A stretch of 64,000 nucleotides of DNA from Felis catus. Its lineage: Eukaryota. The translations under genes and the position numbers were made by a program. Positions 25,641 through 37,895 of this stretch are shown here, piece after piece. The DNA is taken from positions 26,104,001 through 26,168,000 of the forward strand of contig NC_058383.1 in NCBI RefSeq assembly GCF_018350175.1, read 5' to 3'. The notes beneath the pieces were generated by a model. It saw only the letters and a list, made by a program, of their open reading frames with translations. It did no database searches and was not told the DNA's origin. Each line of letters opens with the position of its first letter. Position 1 is the first letter of the stretch.

Positions 25641-25770
25641 TGGGCAGAAACCCACAGGATGTTCCCCAAATACCTCTCCAGTTCTCCGTCCTACAATTTA
25701 TTCAGCCCTTCCTTATTTCCTTCGGGAAACATTTGAGTAAGACCTGTTATGAACCAGGCATCAATCTGAG

Positions 25771-26175
25771 TGTCAGATGTAATCTGAAACTGGCCCTGTA
25801 TGCAGAGGGCAAAGCAAGACCCAAGAAAAAGGCAGATCACTCCAGACTGATAGGTGACAGGTTTAATAATCAAAGGAACTTACATACAAGACCTGTCTTG
25901 GGCAGCTGCAACACAAATAGATCTCTGCACCCCTCTTCCAGAACCTTAAAAGGTTATACAGAGGACTTCATGGGGTTCAGTCATGTATCAAGTCCAGATA
26001 TTTTCAACAGCACCTTAACTCTTTCAAGTTTTCATTCTCGAAACCAGTTCCTACTGTGGGAAAGGTGGGCAGAATGTCATATCAAGGACAGGGGAGGGGA
26101 TGAGGAGCCTGTGATTGCCCAGGGCCAGCTCCAGAGCCAAACAGTGGTCACATCTCCCCATGACATCCTCCAACA
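25771..26175 (-). mobile_element. Solo LTR (about 405 bp) inserted in an L2 remnant
   Basis: TG...CA termini (tgtcaga...ccaaca) and a minus-strand ATTAAA near 25862; L2-like flanks rejoin across it. TSD not evident. Confidence 0.6.
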
Positions 26176-26489
26176 GCTAGATGCTGGGGGAACAGAGTGG
26201 TAAGCAAAACTCAGAGCTGGCAGTCAGGTCAGGTGAGAGAGGTCTATTTTAAAAATGTGCGATGATGGGGTGCCTGGGTGGCTCAGTCGGTTGGGTGTCC
26301 GACTGGCTCAGGTCATGTTCTCACAGTTCACGGTTCGAGCCCTGCGTTGGGCTCTGTGCTGGCAGCTCAGGGCCTGGAGCCTGCTTCCGATTCTGTGTCT
26401 CCCTCTCTCTGGCCCTCCCTTGCTCATGCTCTGTCTCACTCTCTCTCTCAAAAATAAATAAACATTAAAAAAAAATTTTTTAATGTGCA

Positions 26490-28180
26490 ATGAGTAGAAA
26501 AGGCAACTTAAGGAATGGGGGAAATATTTGCAAACTATATATCTGATGAAGAGTCAATATCCACAATGTTTGAAGAATTTCTACAACTCAACAACAACAA
26601 ACAACAAAAATAACTAGATTTATTTTTCACATACTAAGAATACCAAAATTTGGGGTGCCTGGGTGGCTCAGTTGGTGAAGCATCTGACTTCGGCTCAGGT
26701 CACAATCTCATGGCTTGAGAGTTCGAGCCCCATGAGTTCGAGCCCCATGTCGGGCTCTGTGCTGACAGTTCAGAGCCATGGGCCTCCTTCAGATTCCATC
26801 TCTGTCTCTCTCCCCTTCCCCCTGCTCGCTCACTGTCTCTCTCTCTCTCTCCCTCTCAAATATAAATAAACATTAAAATAATTTAAATATAAATAAATAA
26901 AAAATAAATAAAATGGGCAAAGGACTTGAATGTCCTTCTCCAAAGAAGACATACAGACAGATGGCCAACAAGTACATGAAAGGCTGCTCAACATCATTAA
27001 TCATATGAGAAATGCAAATCAAAACCACAACGAGATAACACCTCATATCCATTAAGATTGCTACAATGAAAACCACAGAAAATAGCAAGTGTTCATCAGG
27101 ATTTAGAGGAACTGAAACCTTTGTACACTGTTACTGGGGATGTAAAATGGTGTAACCATTATGGAAAACAGTGTGGAAGCTCCTTAATAATTCAAAACAG
27201 AACTACTATCGGATCCAGCAAATCCACTTCTGGGTATACATTCAAAGGAACTCAAAGCATCTATCTCTATCTCAAAGAGATATTGCACACCCATGTTCAT
27301 TGCACCATTATTCACTATAGCCAAGAGGTAGAAGCAACCCAAATGTCCATCAACAAATGAATGGATACAGTAAGGGTGATATATACATCCAGTGGAGTGC
27401 TATGCAACCTTAAGAAAGAAGGAAATTTGACACGCTACAACAAGCATGAACCTCGAGGACCCTACGCTAACTGAAATAAGCCAGTCACAAAAGGGCAAAC
27501 AGTGTATCATTCCACTCATATGAAATATCTAAAGTAGGCAAAATCATAGAAACAGAAAGCAGAAAGGGTAGGCGGAGGGAGAGCAGGAATTAATGTTTTA
27601 TTGGTATAGAGTTTCAATTTTGCAAGATGAAAAAGTTTAGAGATCTGTTGCACAATGTGGATATACTTAATACTACTGAACTGTACACTTAAAAATCACT
27701 ACGATGGGGGGCATCTGGGTGGCTTGGTTGGTTTGGGCGTCTGACTCTCGATTTCCGCTCAGATCTCACAGTACGTGAGTTCAAGCCCCATGTTGGGCTC
27801 TGCACCAGCTTGGAGCCTGCTTGGGATTCTGTCTCCTCTTTCTGCTCTTCCTCAACTAATGCACATGCACACGTGCTCACTGTCTCTCTTTCAAAATAAA
27901 TAAATGGGGGCACCTGGGTGGCTCAGTTGGTTAAGTGTCCAACTTAGGCTCAGGTCATGATCTCATAATCCAAGGGTTCGATCCCCAAATCGGGTTCTGT
28001 GCTAATAGCTCAGAGCCTGGAGTCCGTTTCAGATTCTATGTCTCCCCCTCTCTCTCTGCCCCTTCCTCTCTTGTGTTCTCTCTCTCTCTCAAAAATATAT
28101 AAACTTAAAAAATAAACTTAAAAAAAAAGATTAAGATGGTAAATTTAATGTTATGTGTTTTTTTTACCACAATTCAAAAA
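26490..28180 (+). mobile_element. LINE-1 (L1MA/MB-like) ORF2 end and 3'UTR fragment interrupted by three SINEs
   Basis: Diagnostic L1 phrases: gaaatatttgcaaac, gaaatgcaaatcaaaaccaca, cccaaatgtccatcaacaaatgaatgga, ttaagatggtaaatttaatgttatgtg. No intact ORF. Confidence 0.88.
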
Positions 28181-28979
28181 ACCATTCAGTAATGTAAATA
28201 CAGTCGTGATTATTGCAACCAAGAGGGGTACAAGATGCTCTCAGAATTTATAACTAATTGGGGGGTTTACTGGGTGCGAGGCAAGGCTTCCATTAGGAAG
28301 TAATGCTTCAGCTAACTTCGGAATCACACAGGAGAGAAGCAAAGGCTGCAGATGCTGAGGCAGCAGCCCAGCACAGACCCCAGGACAACAGGTCACGTGA
28401 CGAGTCTGAATTTATTTTATATACCACAGTTGTCTCCAACCTTCCTGCTTCAGGAGTAGAATCAATGACAATAATGACAGTAACAGCCAACATGGGCCGG
28501 AAATTAATTCGCTTAATTATGTACTTAATGTAAATATCAAGTGCAGGGATTCTGAACCAGGGTACTTGGGGTTACATTCCAGCTCCACCATATCTTCACT
28601 AGCTTCATAATCTTGGGCAAGTTACTGAATCTCTGTGCCTTGGTTTCCCTTATCTGGAAAATGAAGACAGTAAGGGGGCCTACACACAGGGTTGTTGTGA
28701 GGACAAATAAGGTAGCTTACACTGAGTTATATCACGTATACAGTGCCTGCCACATAGCAGGGGCTATTAGTACTTAGTAAATAAAATTTAATTACGTGGA
28801 AGCCATTGTGCTACCCACTTCACATGCTGTGATATGTTGCACACTGGGCACAAATTCCTCCCATCCCTAGGAAGAAGCATGACCTTTCGCGATGTGACCG
28901 GCAGAACCAGGATCCATCTTCCCACATAAAAGTAGGCTGCATCCCAAACCCAGCAAGGCTACGCTTGATCCCTGAGGGC

Positions 28980-29880
28980 CCTTCTTCCACCCCGTCTCTC
29001 CCACCGTCTCCGAACATGACAGCTCCGTTTTTGCAAATGGTTGTTCAGCAACCCCAGAAAATTTACAGCAACTATAGCTGGCTTTCCTATTTTTACTCCT
29101 CACATCCGCCAGCAGAACAGTGAGGTCCTGGTGCTCCGATCTCGATGTCCAGAATCCGACTACCTCTCACTGATTCCACGCTGCCACCTGCTGGTCCAGC
29201 CCATCATCTCTTGATGACTGCACGGGCCTCTTCACAGCCTCCCTCCTCCTGTCCTTGTGCCTCCGCAGTGTATCCTCAAGCCGGCAGTCAGAGCCATCCT
29301 GCAGAGGCACCTCGGATCCCCCGCCCAAATCCCTCTAGTGGCTCCTGCCTGACCCAGGGTAAAAGCCCAAATCCCTATGGTGGCCTGTGAGGCCCTCCGT
29401 GTTCCGTCCCATTACCCTGTGCTCTGACGTCATCCACCACAGATTCCCCCGCCTGGCTCACTCAGCTCCACCACTCTGGCCTTTCTAGTTCCAGAGCACT
29501 AGCACTCCAGCACCACCTGCTGCCCCAGGGCACTAGCACTGCTCCATCTGCCTGAACCAACATTCCCTCGGAAATGCACGTAACCCACTTCCTCATCCCT
29601 TTCGCACGGACTCCTGTAGTGATCTTCCTCAACACTCCAGTTCCCTCTGCACCTTGTCCCCAGCCCGGGTTTTCTCCTTACCCTTTCCTGCATGTTTTTT
29701 TCCCAAAGCACTCACCCCGACACATTACAGGTACGTGTGTGTCTTGTCTGTCTCCCTCCACTAGAATGGGAGCTTTCTGAGGGCAGAGACTTTTGCCTAC
29801 ACTGTTGTCCGATTGTTGAATCCCCAGTGCCCACAACAGAGCATGGCATATAGCAGGCACTCGGTATTTGTTAAAGGAAT
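28980..29880 (-). mobile_element. LINE-2 3' fragment
   Basis: aaaagcccaaatcc, gagggcagagacttt, tccccagtgcc...gcatggcatatagcaggcactc 3'-end motifs. Confidence 0.75.
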
Positions 29881-30357
29881 ACAGTCATGGGACTAAGTAA
29901 GACAGGAGAAGACAGTAGGGGTACCTGGGTGGCTCAGTCGGTTAAGCGTCCGACTCTTGGTTTTGGCTCAGGTCATGATCTCACAGTTCATGAGTTTAAG
30001 CCCTGCATTGGGCTCTGTGCTGACAGCATGGAGTCTGCTCGGGATCCTCTGTTGCCCTCTCTCTCTGCCCCTCCCCTCCACACACAGGCGTGTGCACTCT
30101 CTCTCTCAAAATGAATAAACTTTTAAAAAAAGTAAACCAATCCACAAATGCATTGAGGACCCTGCCGCCCTGATTGCTTCTTCCTATCATCAGTATCTGT
30201 GTGTGTACCTCGCTTTACAGTTTGCAAAGCACATTCACACCCGTGTCACATTTGACACCTACACAACCCCATGAGAGAGGGATGTTAGTGAAGTCATAAC
30301 TCTTCCCAGACCCAAAGTTTTCATGGAGAAACAGAAAAAAACTGTTGAGACTTGCCT

Positions 30358-30393
30358 ATGACTCAGCAAATTGACTTGCAAATTGACTCAGCA
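30358..30393 (+). promoter_or_regulatory. Tandem ARE/MARE (NFE2L2/small-Maf/AP-1) motifs
   Basis: ATGACTCAGCAAATT at 30358-30372 and TGACTCAGCA at 30384-30393. Confidence 0.5.
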
Positions 30394-31119
30394 GTGAAAG
30401 AACTGTGATTCACCCATGACTTCTGACCCTGAGTCCAGGAGTCTTCACCTCAAGCAAAAAGGCTGTGTGTGCAGTGGTTAGACCCACCAGCTGTGGAGTT
30501 TGAACAAACAAAACCATGAAACTTACCTCTACTACTCCCTAGCTGTGTGACATTGGGAAAGTTGCTAGCCCTCTCTGTGACTCCCATTTTCTCAATCATC
30601 AAGCAGGGATAACAATATCCTCCTCATACGTTGTCCTGAGGGTTGAACGAGGTAATATTAGGTCTGTCATGATTAGCCAGTTAAAAAAAAATACTTTGAA
30701 AAAACATGAGCATGTTATTTCATGGTCATTCACTTTTTTCAGTGGCCCCGGCTCTGCCCAAGTTGCTCCAGCTAACCTGATGGGGAGAGACTGGAAAGTA
30801 TGATGCCATCTATTTTAAAGGTGGTGAAACTAAGGCTTTTTGTCCCAAAAGGGATTTGACTCGGTGCTTTTGGGAAGAGAACGGCTGTGAAAATTCCATA
30901 GCAACCAGAAGGCAGGCTCCCCAGAGGCAGAGCAGAGCTGTTGCCACCCCCCGGGGCACTCATTATATTCACGACACAATCTCATTCAGCCACCTCCGGA
31001 GAGGACAGGACCGTGTTTACACACACTCCAGGGATGTTTGCAATGTTGTGGCCGCTGAACCGCCGTAGCCCACACGGCGGCGCGCAAAGGGCTGCAAGGC
31101 ACTCAACGCCCGCTCACTT

Positions 31120-31145
31120 GCGCCCTCTTGTGGGCAGTTCCGCAG
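31120..31145 (-). promoter_or_regulatory. Candidate CTCF site in a small CpG-rich patch
   Basis: Minus strand reads CTGCGGAACTGC-CCACAAGAGGGCGC, a close match to the CTCF core CCASYAGRKGGCRS plus an upstream-motif-like TGCGG. Confidence 0.65.
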
Positions 31146-33372
31146 TCCGTCCAAAGGGTGCGGTGACAGGAAACCAACTAACCCACACTGAGTAATTCAG
31201 GCTAGGAGTCCGCCTGACACTTGACAGACATCACGGATGACCTCACTTAATATCTCCATGAGGTGGCTTTACAAATATGGAGGCTGAAGGTGAGAGACTG
31301 ATACAAAGAGAAGCAAACCTTGCTCAGAGTCACCCTGCTAGTAAGCATCAGAGCCAACATTCAAATCCAGACTTGCCTTGACTCCAAAGCTCAGACTTTC
31401 CCCAACATTTGCATTACAGATTTGAAATAGAATCAAGCCTACCGACCTATTTGGGGATCAAACTTTGTCATGACTCCATTATTCCATTCCACGTCGTGGA
31501 ATAGTAAATTATGAAAATATGCCCCTATCCCCTAGGAAAAAAAACCTCTCAATGGTCAGTCCCTGGGGAATAGGGTGGGACTGGAGACTGTCACACAAAT
31601 GCACAGACATAACATACATGATTCCCAAGATAAACCATTCAACCAATTTCTAAGTCACCCACCCATACATACACTAGAATCCCATTTATTTAACACTAGT
31701 ATAATATATCTATAAATTAGGATAAAGTGGTCAGAAGAATATAAACTTAAAAGTAGTTACTCCCAGGGAGTGAAACAAGCATATATTATACATACTTCTG
31801 TAAGGTTGAACAAGCATTGTTATTTTCATAAATTTAAAAACCACTTAAAATTGTTTTTAAAAGTATGTATTTTTTAAAGTTTATTTATTTACTTATTTAT
31901 TTAGTGGGAGAGAGAGAGTGAGCACATGCTCATGTGAGCAGAAATGGAACAGAGAAGCAGAGAGGGAGAGAGAAAATCCCAAGCAGCCTCCATGCTCAAC
32001 TCAGAGCTTGATCCCACGAACCCGTGAGTTCACAGCCGGAATTGAAATCAAGAGACCAAGGCTTAACTGACTCAGCCACCCAGGTACCCATATTTATTTA
32101 TTTTGAGAGATGGAGGGGGAGGGGCAAGGGGGGAATCCCAAGCAAGCTCCGAGCTGTCAGCGCAGAGCCCAACAGGGGCTCCACCTCAGGAACCATGAGT
32201 TCATAACCTGAGCCGAAATCAAGAGTCAGACTCCCAGAGCACCTGGGTGGCTCAGCCAGTTAAGCGACCGACTTCCACTCAGGTCATGATCTCATGATTT
32301 GTAAGTTGAGCCCCATGTCAGGCTCTGTGCGGATAGCTCAGAGCCTGGAGCCTGCTTTAGATTCTGTGTCTCCCTCTCTCTGCCTCTCCCCCATTCACAC
32401 TCTGTCTCTCTCTCAAAATCAAAATTAAAAAAAAAAACATAAAGAAATAAAAGAGAGTCAGATTCCCAACCAACTGAGCTACCCAGGTACTCCTAAAAAG
32501 TAGTATTAAACTGAAAAATCCCACAGGTGATTTTGAGGAGTGTCCTAGGTTAAGATAGGTTAAGATTGAAAGATTATTGCCTTAAAATTTGTGACAGTGA
32601 TATATAAAGAAAAGCAAACTGCTACCCTGTGGGCCAATAATACCAAAAGCGAACATTGATAAGAACCTACTGTATGCAGAGCATTGGTCTGGAATCCTTT
32701 CCATTTATTAATGCATTTCATTCCTTCCACAACCCCATGAGGTAGGTACTTGTGGTAGGCAGCCTGTAATATGGCAGTCAGGGAACCTCATCCTATGGTG
32801 TTCACACCCCTGTGCACTCTCTTCCCGCACTAAATAGTACTGACCTGTGTAACCAATAGGATAATGTGGAAATGACAGTATGTGACTTCCAGGACCAGGT
32901 CATAAAAGATACTAGTGCTTCTGCCTTTCACTCTCTTGAATCACTGGCTCTGGGAGAAGACAGCCGCCATGTTGTGAGGATGCTCAAGCTAGCTGCCCTG
33001 GGGAGAGGCCCGAAGGATCATGAATGGCAGTTAGCTTCATGCCTCTTTATCCTTCTTTAATCTTCTTTTCCTTGAATTTTAATTTGTTTCATCTTTTTTT
33101 TTTCCTTGTAAGACATTGGCATTGCTGAAACACCCTGGCCAGTTGCCTCTCAGGAGCATCCCACAATTTGCATTTGCCTCTTTCTTCCTGAATAGCTCCA
33201 GTTAACAGGTGAGGTTGTGTCAGAGGAAGAGGTTCATCCCACGGGTGTGGTTGACCTGATCTCTTCTTTAATCAGGTGCTTACAAGTTTCTCTAATGCAC
33301 AGATATTGTTTGTTTCTTGCTGATGATCACAAATCACTCTGGTATTTGACTTTTTTTTTTTAATTGCAAAGA

Positions 33373-35074
33373 TGTGATTGACCCAAATCTTGACCCTGAG
33401 AAAGGACCCTAAAGAAAAATTATAAATGTTAACAAAAGGAATATAATTTACAGATATAACTATAAGCAGAAAGAGTTGGGGGGGGGTCCCCAGAAAAAGA
33501 AAGATGAGATATAACTTTTGTGGCACAGCAGAAGTCATTTTAGACCCCCAGCTATCTTCTGTGATCTACAGTTCACCAGCACTGCTTGCCCTGGCAACAC
33601 TTCTTACAAAACTCTTCCTGAGAGTGTTATGCCCAGAATTTGTGATCCCCAAAGACCACTAGGGAGCCGAGTCCGATGCAAAAGCAAAGAGCCTTTATTC
33701 GAGCTAGCTCGAGCTCAATCCCCTACCTGCACCAACGCAGTGGTGAGATACCAGGGAAAGAGAGGGAGTTTCAAAAGGACAAAGGTTTTATTGGGGCCTG
33801 GGGGCAGTTGGTGAGGTAATGGCTATGGCCTCAGCCGATTGGCTGGGGAAGAGTCCTGGGGAAGGGTCCGAGTCCTGTTAGGCAGGTAAGGGAGGGTTTA
33901 CTCAAGGGGAGGAGGTGTGGTCAAGGTGAAGGACACAGAACAAGATGGAGTCGGCTGGCGTAGGCCCGCCCTTTCAAGAGGTGTAAGAACTAAGAAATAC
34001 AAAAACTTCAGTAGTTAAAGATCTTAAGGGAACAAAAGGGAATGCAAAACCCAATGGTCTCTACCAAGCCAGAAAATAGCCTAAACATATCAGACATAAT
34101 AAATCAATTGTAAAACTCCCAGCACTGTTCAAAAATAAAGATTGACCTACTGCAGGATTCAAACTGTGCCCCACAGGATTAATGAGGTTAAAACTGTCAC
34201 CAGCAAGTCCCCTACTCATCCCCCTTCTTGACAGAAACATTAACCTTATCTTTTTTTTTTTTAAATTTTTAACATTATTTTTGAGAGAGAGAAAGAAACA
34301 AAGTGTGAGCAGGGGAGAAGAAAGAGAGGGAGACACAGAATCAGAAGAGCTATCAGCACAAAGCCAGATGCAAGGCTCAAACCCATGAACCACGAGATAA
34401 TGACCTGAGCTGAAGTCTGATGCTTAACTGACTGAGCCACACAGGCACCCCAACCTTGTCTTTTAGAGGCAAACAAGAGCGCCCGCCAGCCTAGACCAGT
34501 TTGGGCTCAAACACCGACTCACACCTGCTGACAGCGAGCTCTATCTCATTCTAATGTTAAAATCTCCATCCAAGGGGCACCTGGATGGCTTCCTTGGTTG
34601 AGCATCTGACTCTTGATTTCAGTTCAGGTCATGATCTCAGGTTCATGAGTTCCAGCCCCGTATCAGGCTCTGTGATGACAGCACAGAGCCTGCTTGAGAT
34701 GCTCTGTCTGCCCCTCCCCTGCTCACGTGTTCTCTCTCTCTCTCTTTCAAAATAAATAAATAAACAGGAAAAAAATTAAATCCCCGCCCACGGAGGAACA
34801 CAGGTTTATTAACACAACATGGGATACATGCATAGGCATGTTTTCAAAGTATGCCTGGGCAACCTTACGCCCAACTTTACATGCAGTGACAAGATTCCCT
34901 TTTCTTAATATTCATTATAACCCTAAAGAACAGCAACCCACTCACCTCCACTTGAAGAGTTACCACTTTGCAAGTTATTCCTCCTGATCTCCTTATTTGC
35001 TACAAATAAAGTTTCCCGTGTGACACAACTCCGCCTAGAGCGGTCTCTGCCAGTAACTCACCGAAGAGCAAACG
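33373..35074 (+). mobile_element. Older ERV LTR interrupted by the young solo LTR and two SINEs
   Basis: Begins TGTGA. Its 3' part (cttatttgctacaaataaagtttcc) is homologous to the adjacent LTR at 35075-35636. Confidence 0.6.
33625..33976 (-). mobile_element. Young gammaretrovirus-like (ERV1 class) feline solo LTR, 352 bp
   Basis: Minus strand TGAAAG...TAACA ends, perfect 4-bp TSD AGAG (33621-33624 / 33977-33980), CCAAT near 33840 and AATAAA near 33694-33699; CpGs retained. Confidence 0.9.
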
Positions 35075-35636
35075 TGTCACCAGCTAGACCCCAGGACCTG
35101 ACCTTTACCGCCCACCTGCATGTACTCACTAGCCTTTGTCTTACGTTTTTCCTTAAGCGCTTTTTTCCGGCTTTTCTCTTAACTCTGGCAAATGAAACCC
35201 AAAACTACCTCAGGGGTGGGATGGCGACTGCCCTGACCACACCCACAAGCCAGACCCTTTGGCCCTGCGCAGATGGACTGTGGAGTGACCCCTAGAACGA
35301 CCCAACATAACCTTTACCTCATTATACTACTAAAATCCCCTCCCCAGGAGGAGCACAAGCCTCATTTACATAACATACAACGTTGTCTGGGCACGTTTCC
35401 TTATGGCGCATGCGCAATTTTATGCCCGCCTCTCGTCCAATGACAGCGATCCCCTATCTAAATATTCATCCTAATCCTAAAGATACCCATTCACCCTCTC
35501 TCGGGGAGTCTGGGCTTTGGAAGCCATTCCCGTGACCTCACTTATTTGCTGCAAATAAAGTTTTCCTTGTGCCACAACCCACCTGGTGCAGTTTCTGTGA
35601 CTGGTCGAGGATCGCACTCACGTTGGTTTGGTTGCA
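35075..35636 (+). mobile_element. ERV solo LTR, about 560 bp
   Basis: TGTCAC...GGTTGCA termini, AATAAA near 35554, CCAAT, homology with the preceding LTR. No clear TSD. Confidence 0.7.
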
Positions 35637-35990
35637 CACCTGGAATGTTTGCAAGTCAAAGTGGTCCAAACTTGGCGCTTTAAAATTCCCAAATGCGAGA
35701 ACTTAAGAAAACAGTTTCATCTGCAATTGCCCCTAAAAGAATAAAATGCCGAGGAATAAACTTAACCAAGGAAGTAAAATTTCCAAACCTAGCATCTCAA
35801 CAAAGCCAACATCCATCATCAATCAGTGTCAGTGGGACAATCTGACATCATATGCCTCCTGGTGTGGTGACTGAAATATATAAAACAGTAACATTTCTCG
35901 AATAAGCTTTGGGAGCAAACCCAGGGTCACCAGTCTTTTTTTCCACATGACCAACACCGGGCAAAATTATATAAAAAGAAGAGAAAACGA

Positions 35991-36460
35991 GGGGCACCTG
36001 GGTCGGTCAGTCCGTTAAGCGTCGGACTTCAACTCAGGTCATGACCTCACGGTTTGTGGGTTTGAGCTCCGCGTGGTGCTCCCTGTGCTGAGGGCTCAGC
36101 GCCTGGAGCCTGCTTCAGATTCTCTGTCTCCCTCTCTCTCTGCCCCTCCCCGACTCACACTCTGTCTCTCAAAAATGAATAAACATTAAAAACAATTAAA
36201 AGAAGAAGAAAGGGGCGCCTGGGTGGCTCAGTCGGTTGAGTGTCCGACTTCGGCTCAGGTCATGATCTCAGTTTGTGAGTTCAAGCCCCGCGTGGGGCTC
36301 TGCACTGACAGCTCCGAACCTAGAGCCTGCTTCTGATTCTGTGTCTCCCTCTCTCTCTGCCCCTCCCCCACACTTGCTCTGTCTCTCTCTGTCTCTGTCT
36401 CTCAAAAATAAATAAATGTAAAAAAATGTTTTAATAAAAAATAAATTTAAAAAAGAAGAA
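35991..36460 (+). mobile_element. Tandem CAN-SINE pair
   Basis: Two heads at 35991 and 36212, each with (CT)n and an A-tail. Confidence 0.9.
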
Positions 36461-36593
36461 AAAATATTAGCATTTAGTAATATAAACCTTTAATAAAAAA
36501 TGTTTAGCGCATTTAACCAACATTTATATAGCAATTATTCTGGACCAGGCACTGTTCTAAGTGCCTTAGAGAACTGATCTCCTTATGTCATTC

Positions 36594-36988
36594 TGATGTG
36601 GAGAACAAAGGCAAAAGAAACGTAGATAAATTGAATTTCCTTATAACCTGCAGCCCCTTGACAAATACTGGAGATAGTCAGAATATGACATTCCTCCAGC
36701 AACTTCTGTCTTAAAGTCAGTGCTTTGCTAGAGGGGGAAACAATGTTAGCTAGGCCTCCAGGATCCTGTAAATCTTCTTTAACATAAGAGAATCCTTTTT
36801 GAAGCTTCCGTTGCCTTTACCTCCCTCAACTCCAAAGTATATAACCAGTCACTCCTCACAACCTCAGTGCAGCTCTTTCTGCCCACAGGTCCTGTCCCTG
36901 TGCTTTATTTAATAAAGCCACCTTTTTGCACCAAAAACATCTAAGAATTCTTTCTTGGCCTTTGGCTCTCGGACTCTAAGCCACATCA
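36594..36988 (+). mobile_element. Carnivore ERV1-class solo LTR, short form (395 bp)
   Basis: TGATG...CATCA inverted termini, 4-bp TSD ATTC (36590-36593 / 36989-36992), TATAA near 36840 and AATAAA at 36911. Confidence 0.88.
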
Positions 36989-37164
36989 ATTCCAACAATC
37001 TTAAGAGCTCGGCTGGGACTAGGGTTGGGGGAAGAAGAAGAGGGTGGAGGAGGGAGATACTCTCAGGTGCTAACCCTGCACTTGCAAAACGCTGGGTGTC
37101 TCTATAAATGTTGCCCCCAGGACCCCTGCCTGCCTTACAGCCCTGTGTTGGTGGTAGATGAAGT

Positions 37165-37895
37165 TGATGGGGTTTTGAGGTGGTGGGGGTCCGGAGCTGC
37201 CCAAGAAAGAATTCTTGAGACGTCTTTGGTGCAAAAAAGGTAATTTTATTGGAGCAAAAAAAAAAAAAAAAAAGGTGATTTTATTAAAACACGGGGACAG
37301 GACCCGTGGGCAGAAGAGCTTCCCGGGGGGTTGTGGAGAATGACTGGTTATACACTATGGAGTTGAGGAGATAAAGGCCGAAGGGAGGCATCCAGAAGGA
37401 CTTTCATATGCTAAAGAGGACTCCTAAGATACTCGAGGCCTTGCTATTGTCAAGCTAAGGTGGTTTTCCCTCTACTAAGGCATTACCATTAGGACAGTAG
37501 GGGGTTCTGGAGGAATGTTATACTTTGTATTTGCCTCAAGTATTTGTCAGTGGGCTGCAGGTTATAAAGAAATTTCATTTTACCAGCCATTTCCTTCTTG
37601 TCTTTGTTTCCCACATCACTATGGAAGGGAGGGTGATGTTGGGGCTCCAGGAATCTGAGTCTATAGGTTCCTGGAGATTAGGCTATTGATAAGATTGCCG
37701 TTTTCTTGTAATTTCCAAGACATATGTAAACTGATGGAGACCCCTGTCCTGCGTGACTGTGATCTGAGTTAACCATTTGCTTCCTTTCCTTTCCTTGGTT
37801 CTTGGGTAGCCATGAGTGCCTAAGGAATGTCACACACATCCCACCTGGGGGAGGGGTGTTTGCGGGGTGTCAGCTTGCCTTATGCTCCCTCATCA
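37165..37895 (-). mobile_element. Same-family LTR, long form (about 730 bp)
   Basis: TGATG/CATCA termini. 37165-37618 is reverse-complement homologous to 36594-36988; 37619-37895 is homologous to 39339-39647. Confidence 0.85.

Noticed and set aside
25631..26203. 190-aa plus-strand ORF
   Set aside because: Runs through L2 and the antisense strand of a solo LTR; no protein similarity recognised.
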